Shown: positions 13,656 to 27,100 of the stretch, piece by piece
Numbering within the stretch: position 1 is the first letter of the stretch
Layout: the number at the start of each line of letters is the position of its first letter
Origin: Raillietiella orientalis
Taxonomy: Eukaryota
Assembly (NCBI GenBank): GCA_036172245.1
Contig: JAYWIR010000046.1
Location: 186,001 to 250,000, forward strand
Reading direction: 5' to 3'
Length of the DNA: 64,000 bases
The notes under the pieces: model-generated
The model's input: the letters and a program-made list of their open reading frames with translations, nothing else
Told to the model about the DNA's origin: nothing
The model's database searches: none
Position numbers and translations under genes: made by a program

Positions 13656-16600
13656 CTGAAAGAAAAAAGAGCAATAATTGCTTACATCCGCGAAACTTAT
13701 TCTTGCATGATGAAGGTTATTTACTTCATGATATGAGCTGAAATTAAGGAGTGGAAACTTTTCTCAAGCGTCACAAAAACAAAAATTAATGTTAATCAAT
13801 AGAAGTCGTGTTCTGTTATTTTAAAAGAAATTTGCCTTTCCGAAATCTCACCTGAGATTTTTGATAAAGTTTGATAAAATATACTGAAATGACGAAAGAT
13901 AATTTTTATGTTTTTTTTTCAGAGTAAGAGCATGAAACTATTTCCAAGGAATGTTTTTCAGAATCTGACTAAAGAAAATAACTAAAGGATCCTATACTAA
14001 CATGATTGAAAGCAGAGTAGCAACAAGAACTATGGTAGAAAGTAATTATTTGCGACTACATTTTCTGAAAGGTATTACAAATATACTGAAATATAAAAGT
14101 ATCTTTCGGTTTGAATAACGAGAAAAAAGGGAAAATTAACCAAGTTTTTAAAATATGGAAAATATCGTAAGTCTATTCATTTAAGTGTTTCATGTAAAAC
14201 ATTTGGTGGATAGCTAGGTGTTTTTTTTTTTTTTTCAGCCGACGGAAGTTCGAGCTTCCTAGATTTTATTTTACATTTGACATCCACGGAATGAGTCCTA
14301 AATCCTTATAAGCAAATTAGTAATGAATTTTATGCTAAAGAGCCTACTTTTCGGAACTTCACAAGAATTTGAGAACTCCTGCTTTTATGAGAATTATAAA
14401 CTAAAAACTCAAAAAATAAAGAAAACAGAGTGCAACAGAAAATAATGAAACAGTTATGATTACAATTACATGAAAGCTAAATTAACATCTTTCTCAACAA
14501 ATACAGGATGAATTTTCTTTGTCGCTAATACAAATGACTGTTGAACCGTGACAAACATACTCAGTTCTGCAACTTACTATGAGAAATCGTCTTATAAGGA
14601 GGCTTGTGAGATATTATCTCTAAAAGGCGACCTCTTTGAGAAAAAGAGGAACATGGTCTCATTGGAAAACACTTGAAATAAAAAAAGCAATGAAGGGTCA
14701 CTTTGTTACGTATAATCAAAGAATGCATGTCTAATCGATTAATCCACAATTCAGTAACATCAATCTTAGTTTTCCTCCAGGTTATCCCAACTCCCAGTGT
14801 CTGGCAAGGTATTTTTCGTCACATTTGAAACCCCTGACGGAACTCTCAACAATGGAACTTTCAAGACCTTAGATGTGTGCACCAAATTGAATACCACGAT
14901 AAATGTTACATATCCATGTACACATGCACACATGAGGAGGATGCACCATTCATTGCAATTACTGTGTGATAAGAAGCACACAATAAGGTTTAAATAAGGT
15001 TTCGTTTGGGGTCATTGCAGTATGGAAACCGGATGCAAGGAAAAATATCTTAAACAACGTAATATACCATGCAAAAAATTGTTGTAAAAGAAACGAAACG
15101 AAGATTATCAGTCTTTTCGAATTAAAACATATATAGTTGCAGAATTCATATTGTTCTGGTTTTCCTTCAAGTTTTGATGCAACACTTTTCCTTCAGAAAT
15201 AACATTGTGCACCACAAAATTACAAGCTACTGGATTAATTTTTTAGTCGCTTATTGTTCCATAAACGTTGCATCTAAAGTGTTAAGAAAATGCATGTAAT
15301 AATAAGAGGCGAAAATTGAAACCATTAGAGATATATGGAATATAGAGTAAAAGAAAAAACTGTCTAAGACTAGTTTCTGTGATGCCCTCCCTTGTGTTTC
15401 GATTATAAGCATAGGATTCCCTCTGTTCGGGCATCTGAATTTAAAACTTCAAGTATGCTGCAAGTCTCGAGGCAATCACCATTTTTTACAAACTTTAGTT
15501 GCAACTTATCCCATCCAGCAGAAGATCTTTTGTTTGTCTTAATGTCTTGAATTGACTTAAAACATCAATTGTATATTTGAGAGTACAACATTTAAGATTT
15601 ATCCTTGTGGATGTATTTACATAAGTTAATATTACAAATAAATCGAAACTGGAAACCTGAGCAAAAATGAACGTTTTATAATGAATGGGTAAAATTTTGA
15701 TGAAATTTGTTCTGAACGAGATGAAGTTATGTCATACACACTTAAAATCACAATTGCAAGCAGCAGTAAAGAGTAATGTAAAGAGTACTGTTGCCTGAAA
15801 TTGTCGTTTAAGGCCGAAATGAATTGAATGTATTACGAACTTATAACTGTTACTAAGTTTATTTGTCCTTCCCTATACTCTGATTTCCAAACCCACTTCC
15901 TCATGACCAAACTTCTATCTTTCAAGGATCGATCATCTAATTTCAGAATTCCATCGTACAGTGAAATCACCTTCTTTGCCTGTTACAAGTTTAAAGTACT
16001 CACAACAATAACACTCGTATACACAAGATTATACACGAGCTTCATTAATCTCATTGTTTTCATAAATGATTCCATTAATTCATTGTTTGACTACAGAAAA
16101 TTCCATGCAAAGTTTTTCATGACGTTAATAATGTACGATTAACTATATATTATTATTAACAATTGACTACATATTATTTATGTTGGTTGAAGCTTTATTT
16201 TGTTGTGTGCTTATGCTATGCATGTATAAAAAGGTCGTTTTACGGTTATTATAGGGTAATGAGTTAAGAGAAATTGATCCATAGATCCAAGACTGTAGGG
16301 GATGATTGGTACTTATGAAGAAGTACTCGTTTGGTATTGCTATACACATAGCAGAAAGAGTGTTGAGAATTACAATTATTATGGCCTACTGGCTTAAGTT
16401 TAAAGGGCAATGTTTCGTTGATTATTCATGGATAATGAAATTTCGTATTATCAAAATAAGTCGATTTCGTTTAGTGAATAGTCTGGGAAGCCAAACTTAT
16501 GTTCCACAGTTTTCACTTCTATTTCAAGGGAGAAGGATGCGGAGAAATAGCTAACAGATTTGAATCGGAAAGATAAGCGCATGCCTGTATTTCAAGCCAT

Positions 16601-18118
16601 CTTCTAAAGTACTGAAAACTATTATTTTATTTTAGCGTCAATTACAGTAATCATACAAACATCAAAGATAGTTATGATTATGGTTAGCTTCACGTGCAAC
16701 TCCAATCACTGATTCACTGATTTATTTATTGATTCAAATAACAAGGGAAGCATTCTGCGAGGTTGCAAAACATTGCATTCTCTACTTTTCGCTTCTCACA
16801 CGTTTTGTAAGGTTTTCAATTTTCCTGTTAGAAAATTTTTCGTGTATCATAAATGCGTGTATATTCACGGAAATAGATGTTTAACAAAAGCATCGCTTAT
16901 TACTTGCTTCAGTTTTATCTCTTGAGCATGCATTTCATCGAGAAGCGTGCCAAAACGTAATTTGCTCAAACACAACTAGATTCTGTTGACTTAACGGTTC
17001 TCATGTTCTGAACATCATGATTTGAATTAATTCTTCAGTACTATATATGTTAGCTCACTAAAGCGGATCAACGGCACACTGTGGAAACTAATTTTGGCAC
17101 CTTGTTCTTTCTCTTCTATGCAAACACTACCGTGGACACAGAAACGAAAATCAAGAGAGAAACCACTAAGAAAACTATCTAAGAACATGGAAAACAGGAG
17201 TAACCAAACTATAAACAGAGCTACACAAATTCAACTGAGTATATCTCCATGTCGCATACATTAAATGTCAAAGTTTTGAGTATTTTCATAATTCACAACT
17301 GATGCACGTGTCACATACGTACGTACAAACTTTTAAGTTTGCTATTGAAGTTCTGTTATTTCAAATAGCAGGAAAAAATTTAACAGGGAATACTTCTCTT
17401 GCGAATTAGGGGTTACGAAACAGCTGTTACGTAAAATTGAGAAGCAGAATTTTTTGATGGGGAAAGCACATTTTAACAAAATACTTGACTTAAGGGAATT
17501 AACTGAACACGGAACGTGACGATAACAACCCTATGGGATAAAATAAATCGCTAACTTGTAGATACAAACGGATTTATCCATTTAGAAGTCATTGTAATCC
17601 TTGAACATTTATTATTGGGATCGAATGATATATAGTTTCACTATAACATTAATTCCCATGTTTTTAAGATTAACACAAAATAATGAAGCTGAGCGCAAGT
17701 GCGAAAGCAAATGACATACAGCTAAATACATCCTTTGATTTGCACAGTTCCTACAAATTAAAATATCTGTTTAGTGACACAGGCATGCAATTCTATCAAA
17801 AATTTTCAGAGTATTTCGGTACTTGACACACGTTTGCGAAGTGCTTGAACTCTCAGTTCACACAAGCTAATTAAATTCTTACAAACCAAGCCAATCCATT
17901 CTTTATTATTGTTGGTAATGGTTCACTCAAAACATGAACCGAAAAGAGGATTCAACCAAGTTTCCAGAAATGAATACTCTGGTTTAATTCATTAAATATT
18001 AACTTAAGAAAATGTGGCTCACGGGTTCCTCTGGTCAACATACCAAGAAATACACTGAAATACTTAAATAATAGATTTAATAAACAACTTTATACATATA
18101 CATATTAAAAAAAAAAAA

Positions 18119-21100
18119 TCAGTCTAATGTTATTAGTTGCACTTGATCATATCTGCCCTTTTTAGAGGGTGATTCTGATTCCTGATTTCCGGAAATCTTT
18201 GTCAATGTTATTGATGTTGTGGGCTTGATATAAATACTTATTCCCTTAGGTAATCGAGCATTTTCTTGTGAAGAAGCTGTATTAGTTTTCTGTGAAGTCT
18301 TATTCTCTCTATGTCTTTCTTGACTTGCATGTGGGGCACCTCCATTTGATTTTGTCATGCTATCACTATCTTTGTGAGACACTGATGGAGATGGTTCTAT
18401 AATTGTTAAAGATGTTTGTGGGTACACAAGATTAACTTTATGATTGGAGGATTCCTTTTTTTTTGTTTTGGGTAGAATTTCAATACTAATATTTTTATTG
18501 GTGAACAAGGACTGTGTGAGACTAGTTATATCTGCACGTGAATGCTGCTGTTGTTGCAAAATACTAATTTGTGGTATTGAAGATTTTAAGGAATTGATGT
18601 GGGCTTGAGGAGGGGACACAGTAGCATTAAAATCATTCTTGTAGGGATATTTCAGACTTGACTGATGAGCTGGTGGTGGTAGGGGAAATACAGGATAGCC
18701 TTTAGTGTCCTTATTCATCAAAGCTGCCTGTCTTGCAATGGCATGTTTGCACATCTTATTTGTTACAGGTAACTGCTTATGCATTGGTCCATTTGCTTTT
18801 GACACATTCTTTAGTAAATCTTTAGAATAATTAGTTCTAACAGGTGATGGAATTTTAAGATTTGTTTTATGTGAACTGGGAAATAAAGCAGTATTAGCAT
18901 GTGCATTTGGTGGTTTAGATGCATTTGCATTTGGGGTACATGTGGGTTTTGCAGCATGAACACATTTTGGATTACATGGTGGTTTGAGTCCAATAACCTG
19001 AATTATATTTAGTAAGCATATAATCTTTTACCAGACTACCTTTTTGCAAGGCGGAAGCACAGATGGAATTGTGACAACTCCTTGCAGTTTCTGACAGAAA
19101 CGAATAGCTTGATCCAAAATATTTTTCTGATCAGTAGGAATCTAATAAGAAATATGATTAAAAAAAATTTGGAAATAGACAAAATTACTTGATCCTTCAA
19201 CATAACTCTGAAGCATGATTCTAAAATGGTACCACTTCCAGGTTGTGCTGGGAAATGCTTCTTCATTTTTTGGTGATCTTTATAAATTTCCAGTAACAAA
19301 GCTAGGTGTATATCATGCGATTTATTTTTGCACTGCAACACTTTTCTCTGTAACACATTTAAAAGTGATGTATGGGCTTGCTGGAACAATTGTTTTCTCA
19401 TGTCATCATTGAGATACATTTTGTCAGTTTCAGGACGAGAGTTGAGTTGAATGCTCAACTGCAGTAACATATGATTATCCTGCAACTGCTCCAAAACATT
19501 CAATAAAAGATGAATACTCCGACCCATGTGTGCAGCAAAACTTCCAGGTCTATCGATCTCATTGCTGGGAATACGCCATATCCCCTACATGAAAAACCAA
19601 ACATTTAAAATGAATTCTATGGATTTAAATAACAATCAATACATTGAAAAAATTATTCTTCTTTCTTTCAGAAAACAAACCAGGACAACAAACAGACTGA
19701 CGGTTGGTATTGTTTGCACCAGAGCCTAGCAATAAATCACGACTCCACTTCAATTTTCTATTAAAATATAAATTACGATGCTACTGATTAACAACTTACA
19801 CTGACTTGTGATATGTAGAATGGAAATAATAATGAGCCAACCGATACTGTGATTTGTAATGATGAGGAAATCGATGCAAACATTCTCGAAAAGCTTTCAA
19901 GCAATGGTCAACCAAAATTTTGTGATCTAATCGAGAAATGAAATATTGCCCAAAATTTCTGTTCTTTACCTTTTGTATTCAAAGGATGGATGGGACGAGT
20001 CTCAGCATGTAATTTCTTGGCTTCACGATCACAAACTATATTTATTAGCTCCTGCAAAATTTGTGACGTATGTTCCTATCAACAAGAAACCAAAAACACA
20101 CAATGAAGAACCAAAATGCACTGGTACGCTAAATTTATTTTTGCTATAATTGGAAGTTCCACAGGAATAAAAAGAAACAGAATAACACAAAATGAATGTT
20201 TTGAATACAATAAATGAAAGAATCAGTATTCCATCATGATTTATCCCAATTTAAACTGAATTATCTAAATTAAAATATTATTGTACTCCTACTGCTAATT
20301 TAATTCTTTTAATCTATAAAGTACTTACTTTATCAAAGTTTAACATAAACAATATGTTTTCAAAAGAACCATTTGTCTGAGCAATTCATTTAAGCAATTT
20401 CTTAAAGTACGCTAACATATATGGCTTGTAAACAATCAGAGCCAAATTTTTTTCAGAGGGCAAAATCTACTAACACGAAAGACAATCACACCTTTAATCT
20501 TACATTATGCTACCTTTGCATACCAACTCATTAATCCCATGCAAGCAATATTTCACAGAAATTTATCAATTGTTTAAACCAATTCAAATACATTGAATAT
20601 CCGCTACACTTCTACCATCCCATTTAATAAAAGTGTGTTGACTAAAATACCAACCTCAATCGACTTGACAGAAAAATTTGAAGTCTGTGTTGTAATTGCT
20701 GATTTATCCTCACTTTTGCGGTTCATGTTAGAAGAGCCTTTGATTAATCCTGAACTAGATATAAGCGTTGGTTTCTTTTATAATTTTTACCATGAGAAGA
20801 ATTCATAAAGGGGCCTACATCTGCTTCAATGACTGCTTCAAACAATGCAGCTTCAGTGCATGCATCTAAAGCCCGACCTTCATTTTTTAATAAGAATTTA
20901 ATAATCCAACTATGGAGCCGGTAAAAAACCTGAATCATGGGGTAAAATTTCCAGACTCTACTCATCAACTTACTTCCAAAGCTTCTGCTGATAATAATTG
21001 CGGATTTTGATATGAAATTTTGGCAGGATATTTTGCATCTGCTTCTTTCAACAGATGTGATGCCTACTTTTGCTATCAAATATCTGTATCATTTAATGCA

Positions 21101-24100
21101 TGATTAACATACAGTAACGTAATGTGCTAGTATTTCCTTTGCAGGCTTCTTCTGCTTTTCAGCAACCTTGCCTAGCATGTAATGATGCAGCCAACGTTCA
21201 TCCCAACCAGCACCATTTCCTTCACATGAATCTTCTTCTAGTTGCATTTGATTTGCTGAGTTGAAACAGGATGAAGCTACCTTAACCATGGAATCTCGAT
21301 GCATTTCCAAGGATTCATGCATTTTAGAATCTATACTTTGTAGATTCTACACAAAAAATCAATCTGATATACACAAACTTATGAAAATATGACCTGCTTT
21401 AGCTGACGAGATGAATAAGAATGGATCATGTAAGCAAATGAACCATACTCAATCCACATCTTTGTCATATCAGGCTGAAGAGCAGCAGTGCGTTCAAAGC
21501 AGCAAAGAGCCTTTGATACCTTGTCCCAAAATAATTGATCTTGCACAGACAATAAGCCCTAAGTAAGAGTTCTTTATCTCAATAAAATAAGACGTCCATT
21601 ACAGAATTAATGCTGTTCTCAATTAGTCCTGTCTGGGAGAGAGCTAAGCCAGCCCAAGAATCCAAACGCTCAGGATTGAAGCACACATCAATTTCATAAT
21701 ATTCCCATGCTTTGTTCTGTAATCAAATGTAAATTTTTCTGAAATAAAGGAACCACTCACCCAATCTTTATTTTTAAACCAATAGTCTCCAAGCAGATAG
21801 AATATATCTGTTAAAACTGTGCTGTTAATAGGTTCAAATGCTGGAATGGTTTCCAACTTTCTGCTTAAATAATCTTTTATCAAAGCATGTTGGCCGCCTT
21901 GAAGAAAAAAGGAAATACGTGAAAACCTTTTTTCCTAAGTATTATATTAAATTATTAAATGGTTTTGACATTTAGGATTTACAAAAACACTTTCAACTTC
22001 AAATCTTTGCATTCAAATTACTTTAGTGCATACAAACATCACTTTAATTCATCATACCTAAGCAATGATAAAATTATTAAATAATTTTATTCTTTAACAA
22101 TTCGATACTTAGGAAACTGAACATAAACTTATTCTTGCAAATAAGTAAAAGTATTTGATACTATTAAAATCAAACTAAACGCAAAATAATTTTGAAACAA
22201 CCGATGTATATATACAGAAAAAATAGCTATCATAGTATTTGTTATATGCACAAAACTTTGACACAAAACAATTACCAAAGTCTAAACTTTCAGGAAGTGA
22301 TGAAACAATGCGCTTGAATAAGTTTTCAAGATCCGAAGAAATGGAACTAACACAATATGCATCAAATTCAGGAAATTCTATTGGGCAGAAATAATCAAAC
22401 AACAATGAAGCTACGGACCATGTCAATGGAATAGGGGGAACATTATGCTCTTCCAGATATTTCACCTAAAGTGAAACAGCTTACTAATTTAGAATTTGTT
22501 ACCAGTTTGTTCTTTCAAACTTTATTTCTTTTGCTTGGATGTCCAAAAAGACAGTAGACACATTGTTCAAATGCTTCATTAATTTCAGTTTTATTTCCAT
22601 TGGCATCTGGAGAATGCATCAGAGAACTCAGAGCTTCCATTGAATACAATAAAAATTTTCCTTCACATGCATTACACCAACTTCGTCTAAAACCATTGCA
22701 AAATTCAATTTTTAGCTTTTACCTAAATACAGAATTACCTGCCTAACCAACTGTGAGACATTATCAAAAATTGCAACGACTGAGATGAGTCTTTTTCATT
22801 TTTTTCCTCCCTTAATTTCAAACAAAGGAGGGAGGGGAGTTACTTGGATTTCAAAAAGTTTGCTTGACATTTACGATTTACAAAAACACTTTTAACTTCG
22901 AATCATTGCATTCAAATCCCAAGTGGTTTCAGCATGCAAACATCAAATTAGATATTATCATACCTAGTAATCACCTGATGTAAAAGTATCCACGGAAACA
23001 CTGAATCAATGAATAATTCTGTAGAATCCTCGGCAGATAAAATAATAAGAATTATTTGCAGAATATTATGGACTATTTGGGATATCACAGGCTTTTCAGC
23101 ATTACCTAACATAACACAACAATCATGAATAAAAACAATATTAGAATGCTCCAATCAAAAATAATCATTCACAGAAATTTCCTCAACTGACCAAATTCTA
23201 CACATTATTTTATTTTTGGCTACATAGCATGCATACAATATAGTTAGCATGTAATTAAATCAACCATACAGAGAGGCCTTGTATACTTATATAGCGCCTC
23301 CTAAAGATTTCACATGTTTGATATAATCAATACGCTTTCTAAATCTTATAATTCTTACTGAATATATTTTCTTGTTTAGAAACTTCTTCTAGTAATGATA
23401 AAATGCTAACTATAGCTTTGCTCCACTTCATCTTCTCTTCTATTAACTCTTCATTAAGCAGCTGCTTGATACATTCATCTAAACATTTCTGGCTGCATTT
23501 TAATACATTCTAAAAAAAAAAAAGCAACAATTTGTGTCAGTAAACTTTATACAATTTTTCCACATAATAAATACCTTGAAAACAGTTAACCATTAATAAC
23601 AAAGAAGCACATAATACCAGCTTTGATTTTCTATTAATAAACAAAAAATTCATACATCGTGGTTTTACCTTATAATTTGTCGAGTGAGTAAGAGCTTCAA
23701 TTGAGATATCCATGTATTGCAAACGATGAGAACGAGGGAGCTCTCTATTCAAAGTCCCATTATTATTATCCAGAATGGCAATGAGCACAGAAATGATTCC
23801 TTCAAAGTCTCGGATCTTATACAAATCCAATACTTCTTCTATATGGCATTCTCTTCACAGATGAAAAAATGATTTAGCACAATTGCATTAAGAGACAGTA
23901 CTCTTTTAATGCAATTATGAATGCAATTTTTTTTAGCGTTTTAGATATATACCTATTTTTTGGTGAAACATAACTTTTAAGCACAAATGTAGAATTATTG
24001 AATCATCATAAGGAAAATAAAGTATTGATTAAATTAAGCTTGCAAGTGCTCATTCAATTAAAAGTTTAAAGCAGTAAAGCTGCGAAGTCATCAAATTCAG

Positions 24101-27100
24101 TTTACATTCATGCAATTGTAATCTATATTTTCTGCATATTTGAATGAGCAATCTCATTGCCAACTACTCAATGACTTACTTTTCTAACTCTTGACACTTT
24201 TCTTGTATTGCTTGTTTAGATATCTCAGCATCAGAGCCACAATGTGGAAGTGGTATTGGTAAAACAGCTAGGTCAGAAACTTGGTCTTTTGCAAGCTTTG
24301 CTAACTATATGAAAGGGAAACACTGAAAGGAGAATGATTTTAACTTACATAATTGACTTGCAGGTTCTGAATATAAAAGTTGCCAAAATGCTTTGAAAGA
24401 TTGATCTGAAGCCATAAAAGTCGAAAATGATAAACATTTTGGGTTTCTTGTAGAATCTCATTATGGTTAACCATATCTAACAAAAATTCCAAATCTCCAT
24501 CTGGTAAAAATTCTTCAATCACATCACTGGAAAGTGCCATATGACCACAAAGTAAAGTTCAGAGTATATGCCGATACCTGTTAGTTTTTTGAAAATGAGA
24601 AAAGATTTCGGCATATGTTAGCGTAATAATGATGTTATTCAATATTTTTGATGCATTGCTGGATTCAAGGGAAGCAGGATGACATGTGTGCCTTCTACAA
24701 AATAATCTCGTTAACTGGAAAATTTGCTTAATTTTCTTACATTTAAATTATGATCTTTATTACACTACTATGGCAGAATATGATACTATCAAAAATTTTT
24801 TATGACCAACCTACTTCTTAAAACAATTTTATCACTTAAACAGACCAAAAAGCTACTTGCCTCATTTTTTGATAAACTTGGGCGAAAATCAATGGCAAGC
24901 CCAGTGGCCATGGAATTGCAATATTGCATAAGTTTTTAAGATATGTATTCATTAAAGAAATAATTTCATAACCATTTACATGATCATTAATAAATTTAGA
25001 ACATTCTGCAGCTTCATCATGATCCACTGTTTGTGAAAGCTCACAACTACTTTTTTTATCGCTTCTTAAATTATGATCTTCATCAACTTGCATGTCCTGA
25101 TCTTCAGTCAATCCTTGAGACCTTTAAACATTTAACATACACACAATCATAAAGAACACTAAGTATAATACTCTTTAACAATAAAATATAAAAAATTGGA
25201 GAAAGTAAAAATCAACTTGTAAACAAAATTGAATGAATTGAGAAAGTATTTGCAACAGTTTCTAAGGATTATTTTATGCTAATAAAATTTCAACTGGATT
25301 TTAGAAAAATCAGTTCTAAATCACTATTGATGAATCCAATCCAAGGATTTAAAAACTTGTAATATTATTTAAAAATTCTATTTATATGCATTGCATGCTA
25401 ACAACTGGCTGCATTTTCGCTTCTTACAGAGATTTGGGGATAAACTTCAAAAGGGAAAATTCATAATCCATTTCTTCTTCATTCCTAAGTATCTGTGACT
25501 TAGAATTTTGACTTCTAACCCTTGATGATCTTCTTTTGCTTCCATCAAAATAATAAAAGTCATTATTGCTTATTTTTTTTCGTTTTCCCTGTTTTTTCCT
25601 CTCATCATCAGCAAACTGAGATGACAATACAGCTTCTACAGTGAAAAAAGAATTAGATAAACAAATCCATGCATAAAGTTTTTTTGTAATAAACCCATCA
25701 TTTCCTCATTACACTATTGGAATTCTCAAAATTAATAACTAGATCAATACAACCATGTTTAAAAAAAGAACAAAAAACTAATCACGAGTCAAGATTTATG
25801 TTTTCCAGGATTTTATTGGGGCGAAACGCGTAATGATAGAAGTATGTCGTATGAATTTGAAAACTTCTCTAGTTCAACCAACTTCTTAAGTCTTCAAATG
25901 TTTATTCCAATCTTATATATTCTCCTATGATTTTTATATTTAAAAATCTGATTTTTTCGGCTATTTTATTTTTAAAACTTACAATGACTTCATTTTTACT
26001 TTCAAGTATTGTGATTTTTTGCAAATCTATAGTTCCAAACTTAAATTAAATTTTGCAGCAGTTAATGCAAAAGTGCTAATTCAAATTTTTTACTTAGGCA
26101 AATCTTAGTGAATTATATGACAACTTTACTGTAGACAACAATCTGATGCTTTCAAAGTTCATTCCAGAAATTCTTGGAATTTCTCTCCTGAAATTGACTT
26201 AAAACATTCACAAAGTATTGGAGTAAAAGACCATTTTGATCCTTTGGAGCTAATATTCGACCACAAAATAATTTTTCAAGTATTGCATCTGCTCTTATTT
26301 AAAATGAGAAAGTTTCTTTCTTAAAAAATAATGACACATTTCTACTTGCTTAAACAAATGAAAATGGCAAACAGAATGAAAGGATGCACGAATTTCACAT
26401 TTTTGCACTTTATTTTTGATATTTGTTAATTTCATGAAAGTAAATGTTTGTTCTCTTCAAAGGGATTTCAAAGTAACTTTCTAATAGAAAATATGCCCAC
26501 ATTCCTTAGGAATGACAACTTTCTGCCAAGGAATCTCAAAGTAAGGCATATTAAAACTTAAAAAGCATTGAAAACAGTGAAAAGAATGAACGTGCTAAAA
26601 CAAACCATTCATAAAGAATACCTTCACACCATGCCCTAATTCGGATGACCAATACTACGGATTAAAATTGCAAATTTGGATTAATATAAATGTACACACG
26701 TACGCATACCAAGGACAATAAGTTAATCTGTGAAAAACGGTAGGAACATTGGGTATTCACCTTTGCGTGCTTTCAGTTTCCTTGTCTCAAAAAGAAAATG
26801 AAAAAAATACAAATTACACAAAAAATTTGTAGACAAAAAGGCCTCGAAATATCCCTACAAAAGTAGAATTATATTCAGAACCACTTGCAATTACACAGAC
26901 GTGGATCACATAAATCTTAACAAATATAGGAAATTACTATTTAGTATAATCAAGAATGTGATGTAAAATACTGATAATTTTGTAATCAGTTTTTGCCAGG
27001 AGTGAACTTTTTGTTATAAGGATATTTATTCTAAAAACTTGAATAACTACAATTCATCCCACCTGGTTGTCCTAAAATATCCTTGGATGTCTCTTCAACA

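Noticed and set aside
26761..26785. Possible 25-nt Cabin1 micro-exon (ag..gtgaat)
   Set aside because: It would shift the frame; the flanking exons at 27063 and 25635 already join in phase.
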